Positions 53,801 to 64,000 of a DNA stretch of 64,000 nt are shown here, in pieces. The notes below the pieces were generated by a model. It searched no databases and was not told the origin of the DNA. It saw only the letters and a list, made by a program, of their open reading frames with translations. Numbering within the stretch: position 1 is the stretch's first letter; each line of letters opens with the position of its first letter. The position numbers were made by a program, and so were the translations under genes. The stretch covers positions 233,499,741 through 233,563,740 of the forward strand of contig CM041465.1 of assembly GCA_023213395.1 (NCBI GenBank), read 5' to 3'. The stretch comes from Cycas panzhihuaensis. Taxonomy: Eukaryota > Plantae > Cycadophyta.

Positions 53801-55350
53801 AGGAACAAGCATATTTTTCTTAACAAATTTCTTGCAAGGTACCCAATGATCCTGTATTGCATATGCATATTTTGTTCGGTAGTTTTGTATGTCCTCTCCC
53901 TTTCCCTAGTTCAATAGCAATACAAAAGCCCTTTTCTCCTCAACCCATAGTTAACCATGCTCTAAACCCCCCTAACTTTAGTTTTTTCATAGGTCAAATT
54001 CTAATTTCCCTCTGTAACCCTTGTTCATCTCTTTACTTAGCTATTCCCTCACCCCCTATAGACCATCCTCAATAGGACAACCTACAACTTCAATCTGTAG
54101 TTAGTTTTCATCTCTTAGTATTATCCCTTACAAAACCCAGTCTGATTTTTCCCTTGCCTCTTCAATTCCATATTATCAATATTGTCTTTTCCATTAAATC
54201 TTTTCTTTTATTTGAATACCAATCCTAAAACCCTATTAAGGTTTTTTTCCATAAAGAACCTCTATCACTAATTCCCCATCCATCCTTTTCTCCCAAAAAG
54301 TGTTGTGGTCCAACAAAACCTATACAAACTTTCATCTCCATCCAAGACATATTCCAAAATTTATCCTTCCTTTCTATACCTTCAAAGCTATGCTTGATCT
54401 CAGTTCACAATTCCTCCTTTTCTTTTTCCCACAATAGGCAATCATCAATCCATGACCCTCACGATCAATTCTTTTTCCAAAGCCTTCACGTCTTTATCCA
54501 AAATTCATCCCATTTGAAAACAAAAGGTGCAAATGCAAGGCAAGACCAGGACAAGTCATTTGAGATACCGCATAGGTCCCAGGATCCTTCTGATTTAGAA
54601 CAAGGCATTGCATGTACCTGGTCCCACAAACAAACATCGACAAATTTAAGATGCTTATTAGTATAGCCCCACAGAAGATACAAGATTGAGCCAAATTTTC
54701 ATGACCTACATGATCTAGCAGGTGATGGTTGAATCGAGCGACAAGCAATTTTCAATACTTCAAGGGCAAAGTATCATTTTGAGAGGAGGGGAATCGTAGC
54801 GTTCCCAAAATAATGAAGAAGTCAGTTTTACTTAACATGGTGAAGTCAGTTTTTAGAAACGAATTAAAAGAAGAATTATTTATTTTATTATGAAGTTGGT
54901 TTTTTGGAGGGAAAAATAAGAAGTTGGGTTTGAAGGCTATAAATATAGAGCCTCCTTCATTTTGAAGATCATCTTGGAGAATTTCGGTTATGAAGGGGTA
55001 ATGGCCTCATGCCTACTGGAGGATTGCGCTCACCTCGAAGAGGGTTGTGGTTGGACACTTTGTATCAGGTGACATTGTTCTGATTATTTATTATATTATT
55101 TAAATCTTGCTATCAATGTATGCATAATATGTATGACTATGGGACTATGTGTTTAGGAGAGTTATTGCTGTAATTATATTTCATCTGTTGGTAAATATAT
55201 GAGATCTGCCATATGTTGTGAATTATTGTCGTCAACTGCTGGAAATTGCTTCTGTCTGCTGTGTTTCTTCGAATGGGTCCACTACGGAGAATTACCAAAA
55301 AAATGGATGAGAACTGGAGATTTTGGAGGGAAAGGCCAGTGATTCAGAGG
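50858..55350 (+). pseudogene. Intronless tandem-BRCT gene copy (At4g02110-like N-terminus) inside element I, split by element J
   Basis: MRALF*GIRFMLIGFDP...SCTHIIV...YNDPICVMARKDGKV...WV...ILYRPIRDMVGIP...CFIGYQGQD..DIMRMVEIMGAHFTKPLIASKVTHLICYKYEGDKY...VNHHWLEDCLKVWALL (50858-51405) resumes after J as NYQKNG*ELEILEGKASDSED (55292-55350). It matches my recollection of the At4g02110 N-terminal BRCT pair. A charged low-complexity frame may continue to ~56190. Confidence 0.85.
51406..55286 (+). mobile_element. Element J: non-autonomous Gypsy-like (LARD-type) LTR element inserted in the BRCT copy
   Basis: LTRs 51406-51897 and 54795-55286 (both 492 bp, about 26 substitutions by hand count). PBS TGGTATTAGAGC at 51900, PPT GAGAGGAGGGGA at 54781. 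TSD AAGAA/GAGAA. Degenerate gag-like segment at ~53380-53820. Confidence 0.92.
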
Positions 55351-56198
55351 ATGTTTGAGATAGCAAAAGTTGTCTGCCTCTATTGTCAACACACAATCAA
55401 GTATCACATAGTTATTCTATTGGTTTACATGGAACTTTTGTGGTGCCAAATTCCAAACCCCTTTCACATCTTAGGTTAAATAAGTTGGTTGTTACAAATA
55501 AGGAATGGCCAAGGATAAAACTTTCACCCAAAGAACATACAAAAGCAAGGACTAATGAAAAATTGGAAAGGAATGAGAAGCTTTTAGATATAGAGAGCAA
55601 AAATGAACATAAAGAATTTTCTCTGACATTAATAAACCTTAATGACGCCTACTTGTTAGAGTTAGACAAAAAAATTAAAGGAACAAGTGAGAAGGCTACA
55701 AGAATTACATCAGAAAAATTCATTTAAAAATCATGAATATATGGATAAATGTGTCAACAAGGTAAATGAGGATGGCACATCTATACTAAAAGTCAATGAA
55801 ATACAAGATCATACAATACAAAAAGAAAAAGGGCCTACAAACCAAATCATAATCTCAACACATAATTTTAGCACGCTAGAAGAAGAAAATAATATACAAC
55901 AAGAAAATAAGGATGAACCATTGATAGTTGACAAGGGCAAAAAGTTAGAGTCATTCCCAAAAGAACATATAACAATTTATAAAAAGGATACTAAGAATGG
56001 TCGCTAATGTCAGTGATGATATCTACATTCATTGATCAATTGAAGAAGAACCAACCAGTATCAATAACATCTCTTGATCAATCTGAACAAAAGTTACTGA
56101 TACCGACAATAACAAGTTCACCTCCTAATTGACTAAATAATACGAATCAAATAACTATATCATATATACTCGAGGATTTCCCAGTATCAGCAATAATC

Positions 56199-59100
56199 TG
56201 TTAAGAACAATGTTTCATTATTGTAAGGGTTATGTGTCATAAACCCCTTTCTATATTCTTGTGACAAGTGGCATTCATGCATCATGTGGTTTCCAAGATT
56301 CTTCTATATTGTACACTATTTATAGAGGGCCTTCCCTCATTAATGATCAATGAATACTTTTGTGAAGTTTGACATGGTATCAGAGCAGGCTTAAAGGGAG
56401 TTGGAGAAAGGTTGAAGCGACTAAGTCAGAAATAGTTAGGAGGCGAAGTCTGATCAAGGGATTTTGAAGAACCAGAATTGATAAAGACATTAAAGGTCAA
56501 AAAGTACATGTATGGCTAAAAATATCTGCAGTACGACCCTGTATGGAACCACAACAAAACTGTACAAAAACTTTTTTAAAGTTATTAGATTGAGACAAAA
56601 TTTGGTGGAAAGATTCATCTCATTGAGCTCATCAATATGTCCAAAAGGCTTGACTTCAAATTTGAAGCAGAGAGGTGGAAAATTCAAGATTTTCAGTGGG
56701 CATCCAACAAAACCCTCCAGTGGAGATTTCTCATCAAATTCTTAGATTTTCCAGATACTTTTGTACTCAAAATCTTTGTCTTGTCAAGACAAATCTATTG
56801 ACTACTTGTTCAACCTCTTTTGCTGGATAAAACTCGAGTTATGAGCATTTATTACTTTTAAACCCTTGTTTGGCTGTACTCTTTCGGGGCAGTTTTTGAG
56901 AAAACGAGACTAAATGTGAAGAAAAAAAATTATGGGTTCCCGAAGCTCTCATTGAAAGCTTTAATTTGAGACCGCTTTTAGTCAATTCCATGCATCTGTA
57001 CTTTTTCCATAAAAGTCCGTACAAGTTCGTACGACTCATTAATTTAATCCTGTCTCTGTTTTTTTAAGATGGCCTCCTCAATTGTTGCACTTGTAGAAGC
57101 TGACAAGCTCACTGAAACCAATTTTAGTCTCTGGAAAATCAAAATTGAGAGTCTCTTCAAAGTAAAAAGTGCATGGAAGATAGTGACTGGGGAAGAAAAG
57201 AAATCCAATGACATAGTTGATCAAATAGCATGGGAGGAAAATGGCAACATAGCTATTGCCATACTTAAGCCCTCAATCTCAGATTCCCTCCTACCTTATG
57301 TAGATGGTGTCAAATCCTCCTTTGAAATTTGGAAAGTGGTTACATCTTTGTTCAACCAAAAGAATGAGACTCGAATAATTGCTATTAGGGAAGAATTGTA
57401 CAAGCTCAAAATGAGAGAAAATCAACCTATTTTCGAGTTTGTGGCAAAAATAAATAGTGTGAAGAACAATTTTATCACTGTTGGGGATAAGATAACTGAC
57501 ACAGAACTGGTCGATTTGGTGTTAAACAAATTACCTAAATCTTTTGATAACATGGTCAACGTGTTGACAGGGGGAGGCTAGACAACCAACATGACTTTTG
57601 AAGCTTTGACAGGCCACATGTTAAATCAAGAATAAAGAAATAAAAGGTATGAGGAAGATGCTACAAAAATAAAAGAAGCATTTGTGCCCAAATTTAATTT
57701 GGGCAGAGGACGTGGGCAACCTAGCATTCGAGGTCAAGGTCAAACTCCAGTAACAAGCATTAGAGGATGTTGGATAGAAGGAAGAGAAAGAGCCAGAGCT
57801 ACTCCTCCTCGTGAATCAAGAGTTTGTTTCAATTGTGGAAAACTAGGCCACTTCTCGAGTGATCATTGGGCTTTCAATGTTTACTACCACTGTGGACAAT
57901 CTAGACACTTTCCTATCAATGTCCTAGCGAGCATGCTGCAATTTAGAGAGGGAAATAGATTGCAGGACACTACAACGAAGAAAAAGAGTAGGACATAGAG
58001 TAAGATGAAGTGGAAACAGTGTTTGCAGTTGCTCTGGTTGCCAGCACAAAAGCAACATACAACTGGTATATGGACTTAGGAGCCTCTAATCACATGATTG
58101 GGAGAAAGGAATGGTTTGAAACCCTTAAACCATATTCTTTATATAGATTTATCGAATTGGATGACAATTTCCCTCTTCGTATAGAAGGCATTGGAATAAT
58201 TGTTATTGAAATCGAAGGGAACACACACAACGAATCGGGAATGCACTTTATATACCTGGGATGAAGAACAATCTCTTGTCTATATCCCAAGCTTGGCAAA
58301 AAGAAGCTGGTGACCATATTTGATGATAATGGGCATTGTTTTATACTAGACATGAAAAAAAATGGAACTGTAATTGCAGAAGGAATAGAGAGCAACAACT
58401 TTTACAAATTGCTCTCTACACCTATCTTGCCTGCACCTAATGTAAGGTCGCTTGTTGCTACAAGCTAAGATGATAATGAACTTTAGCATTCAAAGTATGG
58501 GCATATCTCAAATGATAGGTTAACATTGCTAAAAAATTTTAACACGGTGAATGAGTTGCTAAATATATCATTTGGTTCTTTTGTGTGTAAAAGCTACATG
58601 ATGGGAAAACAACATCAGAATCTTTTCCCAAAGAGCACATGGCGAGCACAAAGCAAGTTGGAATTGATTCACTCAGATCTTTGCGGTCCTATTACACCAA
58701 ACTCAATTAATGGTGCTCAGTACTTCCTTGCCTTCATTGATGACTTCTCCAAGAAGACATGGATATATTTTTTAATTAACAAATCTAAAGTTTTTGATTG
58801 CTTCAAAAAATTTAAAGCTGAAGTTGAATTAGAAAGAAATAATAAAATCAAATGTATTTGATCTGATGGAGGCAAATACACATCAAAGGAATTTCTTCAT
58901 TTTTGTAAAATCCATGGAATACACAGTCACCTCAATCAAATGGTGTAGCAGAACGGATGAACAGGACAATTCTAGAAATGGCTCGGTGTTTGATTCAAGA
59001 TAGGTAGGTCACCAAAATCTAATGGGTTGAAGCTATCAACACTGCAGCATATCTAATAAATAGGGGTCCAACACATGCTTTGCACCAAATCACACTAGAA

Positions 59101-61382
59101 GAAGCATGGACTGGAAAAAAGCCTTATGTAAGTAATTTAAAAGTCTTTGGCTGCAAAGCATATGTTTACATTCTAGATACAAAATGGACCAAACTTGACA
59201 ATAAGAGCATAGAATGCATAATGATAGGTTATAGCACCAGATCAAAGGCCTACAGATGCATAGATCCCAAAACAAATAAGATTTATGTTAGTAGGGATGT
59301 TGTGTCTAATGAAAGCCTTAAAAGCAATCAAGGAAAATGTGAGGAAATAGAAATGGTAACAAAAGCAGTGACTAAACATGTTCCTACATCTTTAGATGAA
59401 AACTCTGAAATCACCATAGGAATTATTGATTCAAATAGTGAAACTTCTGAAGACCATTCTCTAGAGTATAAACAGGACAACTCTTGTATTCCTAAAGAAG
59501 GAGAGCAAAGAATCATATCAGAATAGCATGCCACGAAAGGTTACCAAAATGGTACCTTAAAACTGTTGAAGAAACAAAGGGGGATATCTTCGAGCATAGA
59601 ACAAGATCTCAAAAGCATTAAGCATTGTTATGCTCAATTGAACCCACTAGCTATGAGGAAGCTAACCAACATTCAGAGTGGAGAACAACTATGGATGATG
59701 AAATGGCTGCAATCACTAAAAATAGAACTTGGGATCTGGTTGAACCTGCTGCAAATAAACCCATTGTAAGCTGCAAATGGGCATACAAAATAAAGGAAAA
59801 GTCAAATGGAGAGATTGAAAAGTACAAAGCAAGGCCAATTGCCAAAGGATACACTCAAATTGAAGGCATAGATTATGAGGAGACATTCTTGCCAATGGCT
59901 AAGCTAAATACTGTAAGAGTAGTAATTGCATTAGTTGCACAACAAAAATGGAAAATATTTTAGCTTGATGTAAAAAATGCCTTCTTAAATGGAGACTTAA
60001 AAGAGGAGGTATATATGTATCAACCTGAAGGACACTTCAAGCCAGGCGAAGAAAATCTCATATGTAAACTAAAGAAAGCCCCGTATGGACTCAAACAAGC
60101 CCCTAGAGCATGGTATGCAAAATTGGATTAGTATCTTGTCAGCAACTTGTCAGCAACAACTTTAACAGGTGCGAGTCAGATCCAAGGTTATATGTAAAAA
60201 TCAATAAGGGACAAATAACAATTATAGCACTGTATGTAGATGACATGCTGCTTACAGGAAGCAATGTTGACTCAATTGCATTCATCAAAAGTTAGTTGGA
60301 ATTGTTTTTTGAAATGACTGCCCTTGGAATTTTACACTACTATCTTGGAATTGAGGTGACTTAGTTAAAAAACTCCATTATTCTGTCCTAATCAAAATAC
60401 ATCAGAAATATACTTAGAAGGTACAATATGGAAAATTGTAACAGTTGTGCCACACTTATGGAGATAGGTTGCATACTCAGTTATGATGCAAAAGGACAAA
60501 AAGTAAATGCAACCACATACAAACAATTAGTTGAAAGTCTGATCTATCTCACTACTACTAGACCAGACATAACCTATTCAGTTGGAGTTGTCTCTAGGTT
60601 TATGCAAGAGCCAAAAGTATCACACTAGAATGCAACAAAATGAATACTCAGATATCTAAAAAGAAATGTAAATCTTGGATTAAGTTACACATAGAATAAT
60701 GCTATACAACTAATAGGTTACATTGGCTCTAATTGGGTAGTAGACACAATAGAAAGAAAGTCCACTAGAGGATATTGCTTCACTTTAGAATTAGCAATTT
60801 TTTCTTGGAGCAGTAAAAAGTAACCCACTGTTGCCTTGTCATCTACAAAAGTTGAATACAAATCAACTGTTAGTGCAACATGCAAAGCAATCTGGATCAG
60901 ACAACTGTTGAAGGACTTGGGACTAGAACAGAAGTTGCTAACCATCTTGTATTGTGACAATCAAAGCACAATCAAGATGACCAAAAATCTTGTTTTTCAT
61001 GCAAGGATGAAACACATAGAGGTTCATCATCATTTTATAAGGGAGAAAGTTCAAAGCAAGGAGATTGAACTTCTACATTGTACATCAGAAGAACAAACAA
61101 TAGATATATTTACAAAGCCATTGAACAAAGACAAATTTCAATTATTCAGAGATAAGCTAGGAATAAAGGAGATAAAACATTAAGAGAGGGTGTTAAGAAT
61201 AATGTTTTATCTAGGTCTTATATCATTATTGTAAGGGTTATGTGTCATAAAACCCTTTCTATATTCTTATGATAAATGGCACTCATGCATCAAGCGGTTT
61301 CCAAGATTCTTGTATATTGTACACTATTTATAGAGGGCTTTCCCTCATTAATGATCAATGAATACTTTTGTGAAGTTTGACA
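56199..61382 (+). mobile_element. Element K: complete Ty1/Copia retrotransposon inserted in I
   Basis: 5' LTR 56199-56374, PBS TGGTATCAGAGC at 56375, PPT AGAGAGGG, 3' LTR 61191-61382. Perfect TSD TAATC at 56194-56198 and 61383-61387. Confidence 0.95.
57069..61183 (+). pseudogene. gag-pol of Copia K, with many stops and frameshifts
   Basis: [91 protein letters not shown]. Confidence 0.92.
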
Positions 61383-61673
61383 TAATCATTTCGCCTCCTA
61401 ATAAATTTAAGAAGATCTCAAGCATTGGTATAGAATTTTATATTCTAAAACAAAATCATGTGTGTCAATAGTTTGAAGTCAAACTCAAATGGAAGATTAC
61501 TTGGCAACAACCTTCAACTTGCAAGCAAAAGCATATAGAAATTCAACATTTTTGTAGTTCCAATCTACCAAAAAATTCTAACTGGTCCACAATCGCATCA
61601 ACTTATTCAAGTTTGCCCTTGTATGTGTATTCGTTATTATTTAAAGTTCCAATAATTATGACTCAATGACATA

Positions 61674-63414
61674 CATTAGATAATTATGATATCCTTTTAT
61701 TAGCAAGAGGTGACAACAGACCAATCGTTATCTCAATCATGTTCTGAGGACGAAACATTTCAAGGAGGGGGTCTTCTTACAAACCACCTTAAATGAAGTA
61801 ATCAACCAACCATTATCAAAAGATCTTGTTGAATGGTTGCAACTATTCATGAAAGAGCCCTGTTGTGTGCATATAAATATGTCCCAATTATAACATTCAT
61901 CATCACTTATTTTATCAAACAAATTATTTGGTCTAGTGCAATCATTTTCTCAAGTTACGAAAATGTTTGTAATAGAGTGAAGGAGGACCTTGGAGGTTTG
62001 GATGTTTGACAAGTATCAAACATCAAAACTATGCCCTTTGCATGTGGGACAAGTCCCCTTGGGCTCTCTTTATAAGCAAAAGTACATGAAGGTACATTGA
62101 CCCATAAGTTATAACATTATGTCACTAGAAAGAATGTGAGTGTGTACTTTATCACATTAGGTGAGAAGTCACCCTTACATAAAGTTATATAAAGTACATC
62201 AATTTTACAATATAAAGTACAATACTTAATGTGTAAACATAAACGTCTTAACAAAAGTTGCATTGAATTTTATTCATTTGTCTATAAATAATAATATAGA
62301 TCAAAATATTGATTCAACTGCTACTTCTAAAGAAGTTTGGGATATCATTTTATCACTATATGAAAGACAAGATGATGTTCATATTGTAATGTTAAGAGCC
62401 AAATTGTTTAGCTTACAATTTGTAGAGCCCATGGCGACATATTTATCCTTTGTAAAAGCAATCAATAATGAATTGACCACACTTGGAAAACTAGCATCAA
62501 ATGAAGACCTTATTACAATTACTCTTCATGCTCTTCCACATCAGATGATTATGATATCCTTTTATCAGTAACAGGTGACAACAGACCAATCATTATTTCA
62601 ATCATGTTTCGAGGACAAAACATTTCAAGGAGGGGTTCTTGTTACAAACCACCTTAAATGAAGTAATCAACCAATCATTATCAAAAGGTCTTGTTGAATG
62701 GTTGCAACTATTCATGAAAGAGCCCTATTGTGTGCATATAAATATGTCTCAATTGTAACATTCATCACTTATTTTATCAAACAAATTATTTGGTCTAGTG
62801 CAATCATTTAAATCAGTCATCCTCTCAAGTTACAAAAAGGTCCATAACAAAGTGAAGGAGGACCTTGGAGGTTTGAATGTTGGACAAGTATCAAACATCC
62901 AAGCTATGCCCTTTGCATGTGGGACAAGTGCCCCTTGGGCTCTCTTTGTGAGCAAAAGTACATGAAGGTACATCAACCCTTAAGTTATAACATTATGTCA
63001 CTAGAAAGAATGTGGGTGTGTACTTTATCACATTAGGTGATAAGACACCCTTACATAAAGTTATATAAAGTACATCAATTTTACAATATAAAGTACAGTA
63101 CTTAATGTGTAAACATAAAGGTCTTAACAAAAGTTGCATTGAATTTTATTCATTTGTCTATAAATAATTATGTAGATCAAAATATTGATTCAATTGCTAC
63201 TTCTAAAAAAGCTCGGGATATCATTTTATCATTATATGAAAGACGAGATGATGTTCATATTGTAATGTTAAAAGCCAAATTGTTTAGCTTACAATTTGTA
63301 GAGCCCATGGCAGCATATGTATCCTTTGTAAAAGCAATCAACAATCAATTGACCACACCTGGCAAGCCAACATCAAATTAAGACCTTGTTACAACTACTC
63401 TTCATGCTCTTCCA
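61674..63414. repeat. About 870-bp tandem duplication (61674-62538 / 62539-63414)
   Basis: Each unit contains the 3' end and LTR of I, the rest of the H 5' LTR and part of G gag. ORFs 62263-62571 and 63139-63381 are paralogous but diverged. Confidence 0.92.
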
Positions 63415-64000
63415 AAGGACTACAACGGCTTCATCTTCGACATTTCCTGGAATGGCACATTGCCAAGCTTGACTTTTAATGAGGTGGAGAGATTTTTGTT
63501 GCAAAAAGAGGAGATTTGCTAAAATGAAGTAGGATCATCAAGCACTTTCACTATAAAGCACAACGGTAAATAGCCCATGGCTTCCAAGTAAAATTTTCAA
63601 AAGAAATTTAGCAACTTGAATGTTAATGGTGGAAAAGCAAAATTAGTCACTTGTTATTATTGTGGCAAAGTCAGCCACATTCAATTGGAATGTAGGAAGA
63701 AACAAAATGGCATGCATTAGCAACAATAACAACAACTACCCCCACCTAGACCAAATTGACGGGGCTATCGAGGAGGCCATCATAACAACCAACATTGGGC
63801 ATATCATGGTGGTAATCAAGGCCACACTGCACAACATAATCAAATGATAAACTATTTTGTGCATATGGTGGTTGAAGCGACCAACTTCCTTTATCATTTG
63901 TTGACTTCCAAAATTGTCCATGAAAAGTTTGCTGAAAAGTTACTTTTGGTAACAAGAGTACAAAAAATAGTAATTACATCAGTCAAAATGGACAATGGAT

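Larger units (their letters stand above)
47846..61974 (+). mobile_element. Element I: non-autonomous Gypsy-like LTR element carrying a captured BRCT gene; inserted in the 5' LTR of H; hosts J and K
   Basis: 5' LTR 47846-48089, PBS TGGTATTAGAGC at 48092. Gypsy-type 3' end CTGAGGACGAAACATTTCAAGGAGGGGG, then 3' LTR 61775-61974. TSD AAGTG (47841-47845) / GAGTG (61975-61979), with a perfect AAGTG at 62850-62854 in the duplicated copy. No intact gag or pol. Confidence 0.87.
37377..62253 (-). mobile_element. Element H: Copia related to G, inserted in G gag; hosts L, a solo LTR and I
   Basis: 3' LTR 37377-37964 with PPT complement CCCCACC. RH/RT/INT/PR at ~37993-41100 and a Gln-rich gag C-terminus at ~41240-41325. 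gag ATG at 45220 (MVAINMFNAH). PBS complement GCTCTAATACCA at 47525-47536. 5' LTR is split into 47539-47845 and 61975-62253. TSD GAAGT (37372-37376) / AAAGT (62254-62258). Confidence 0.9.
7489..64000 (+). other. Putative giant villin intron 13 (>56 kb) filled with nested TEs
   Basis: GT donor at 7489 follows ...VQVEP. The next expected villin exon (V-x-x-SLNS-x-x-CF-type) was not found anywhere downstream, and nearly all downstream sequence is TE-derived. Confidence 0.7.
35091..64000 (+). mobile_element. Element G: Copia with long 5' leader; gag split by the 25-kb element H; runs off the right edge
   Basis: LTR ~35091-35453, PBS TGGTATCAGAGC at 35457. gag ATG at 37153 (MVASMLNANIIKFTGSENFLAWRK...NAKDEV) resumes at 62259 (ALNFIHLSIN...WDIILSLYE). 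CYYCGKVSHIQLEC at ~63652-63695. Confidence 0.85.

Overview
Eukaryotic plant nuclear DNA, probably from a large-genome land plant such as a gymnosperm (inferred from intron size and the old, decayed TEs). The only intact host gene is a villin (VLN2/VLN3-like). Its first 13 coding exons (3105-7488, +, 540 codons, open frame) start with a U12-type first intron. The next expected exon is not seen, so the remaining >56 kb appears to be one giant intron filled with nested transposons. These are a hAT/DUF659 remnant, at least 8 Copia elements, a full-length L1-type LINE with RNase H, non-autonomous Gypsy-like LTR elements and solo LTRs; most boundaries could be fixed by TG..CA termini, PBS/PPT and TSDs. 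Most unusual features: (1) a non-autonomous Gypsy-like LTR element carrying an intronless tandem-BRCT gene copy (At4g02110-like); (2) a LINE whose ~2.5 kb 3' tail seems to contain extra degenerate RNase H-like repeats; (3) an LTR whose U5 has grown by repeated PBS-containing units; (4) a stem-loop enclosing the PPT in several Copia families; (5) a nesting chain about 8 levels deep, plus a tandem duplication that post-dates three of the insertions. All alignments were done by eye. Element letters A-L are my own labels.
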